Shown in pieces: positions 26,801 to 26,928 of a stretch of DNA of 26,928 nucleotides. Numbering within the stretch: position 1 is the stretch's first letter; the number at the start of each line of letters is the position of its first letter. This DNA comes from Candidatus Baldrarchaeum yapensis. Its GTDB lineage: Archaea > Asgardarchaeota > Baldrarchaeia > Baldrarchaeales > Baldrarchaeaceae. The notes beneath the pieces are model-generated. The model made no database searches and was not told the origin of the DNA. It saw only the letters and a program-made list of their open reading frames with translations. The stretch is from the NCBI GenBank assembly GCA_016840465.1, contig JAEOSH010000025.1:1-26928 (forward strand), in the 5' to 3' direction. The position numbers and the translations under genes were made by a program.

Positions 26801-26928
26801 GTCTTTTGTCAAACCCTGCACCTCAATCACCTCCCGCCACCTATCCGCACGAAGAGGCCGGCCAGCGCCTCCAGCATCAACATCCGCCTAACGTTGTGCG
26901 CCGCCGTCCTGAAAACAACAAACGAGGC
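26801..26928 (-). mobile_element. probable IS end: C-terminal tail of a DDE transposase (26827-26928) plus a possible terminal repeat (~26801-26818)
   Basis: Minus frame ...ASFVVFRTAAHNVRRMLMLEALAGLFVRIGGGR* resembles the 'a(Y/H)NlrR' C-terminal helix of IS5/IS1182-like transposases. Hand count gives ~62% GC over the last 108 nt, higher than the preceding sequence appears. It sits at the window edge. Confidence 0.4.

Noticed and set aside
1-26928. tRNA, rRNA, CRISPR arrays, integrase or defence genes
   Set aside because: No cloverleaf, rRNA-like tract, regularly spaced repeat array or such protein motifs were recognised by eye.

Overview
Archaeal chromosomal window, probably an uncultured TACK/Thermoproteota lineage. 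This is inferred from GGAGGTG/GGTGA Shine-Dalgarno sites, TATA boxes, the LysW pathway and a box C/D sRNA. Left to right: (i) a minus-strand arginine operon, argG-argH plus a partial second LysX/ArgX ligase that the ORF track missed; (ii) a tandem-ACT amino-acid sensor divergent from an alpha-aminoadipate/LysW lysine operon (hcs-hacA-hacB-hicd-lysW-lysX-lysY-lysZ-lysJ, no lysK); (iii) an NfnAB/SudAB pair with substitutions at key flavin- and NAD-binding motifs, divergent from an NAD kinase fused in frame to a winged-HTH domain, with a hidden C2HC zinc-finger micro-ORF and three palindromes in the spacer and a convergent HAD phosphatase; (iv) hisS and a divergent hxlB-like SIS protein; (v) a B12 acyl-CoA mutase operon (large subunit with isobutyryl-CoA-mutase Phe/Gln determinants, small subunit with NxHxxG, meaB, cobA); (vi) a box C/D guide RNA complementary to a conserved 23S rRNA segment, just upstream of a fused guaA; (vii) an AEP-superfamily primase-polymerase with a C-terminal PIP-like motif; (viii) a probable transposase tail at the right edge. 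The best candidate for an undescribed system is the NAD kinase-wHTH / atypical Nfn / HAD NADP(H) module, followed by the archaeal ICM-type mutase operon. All calls come from reading motifs by eye; no database searches were run.
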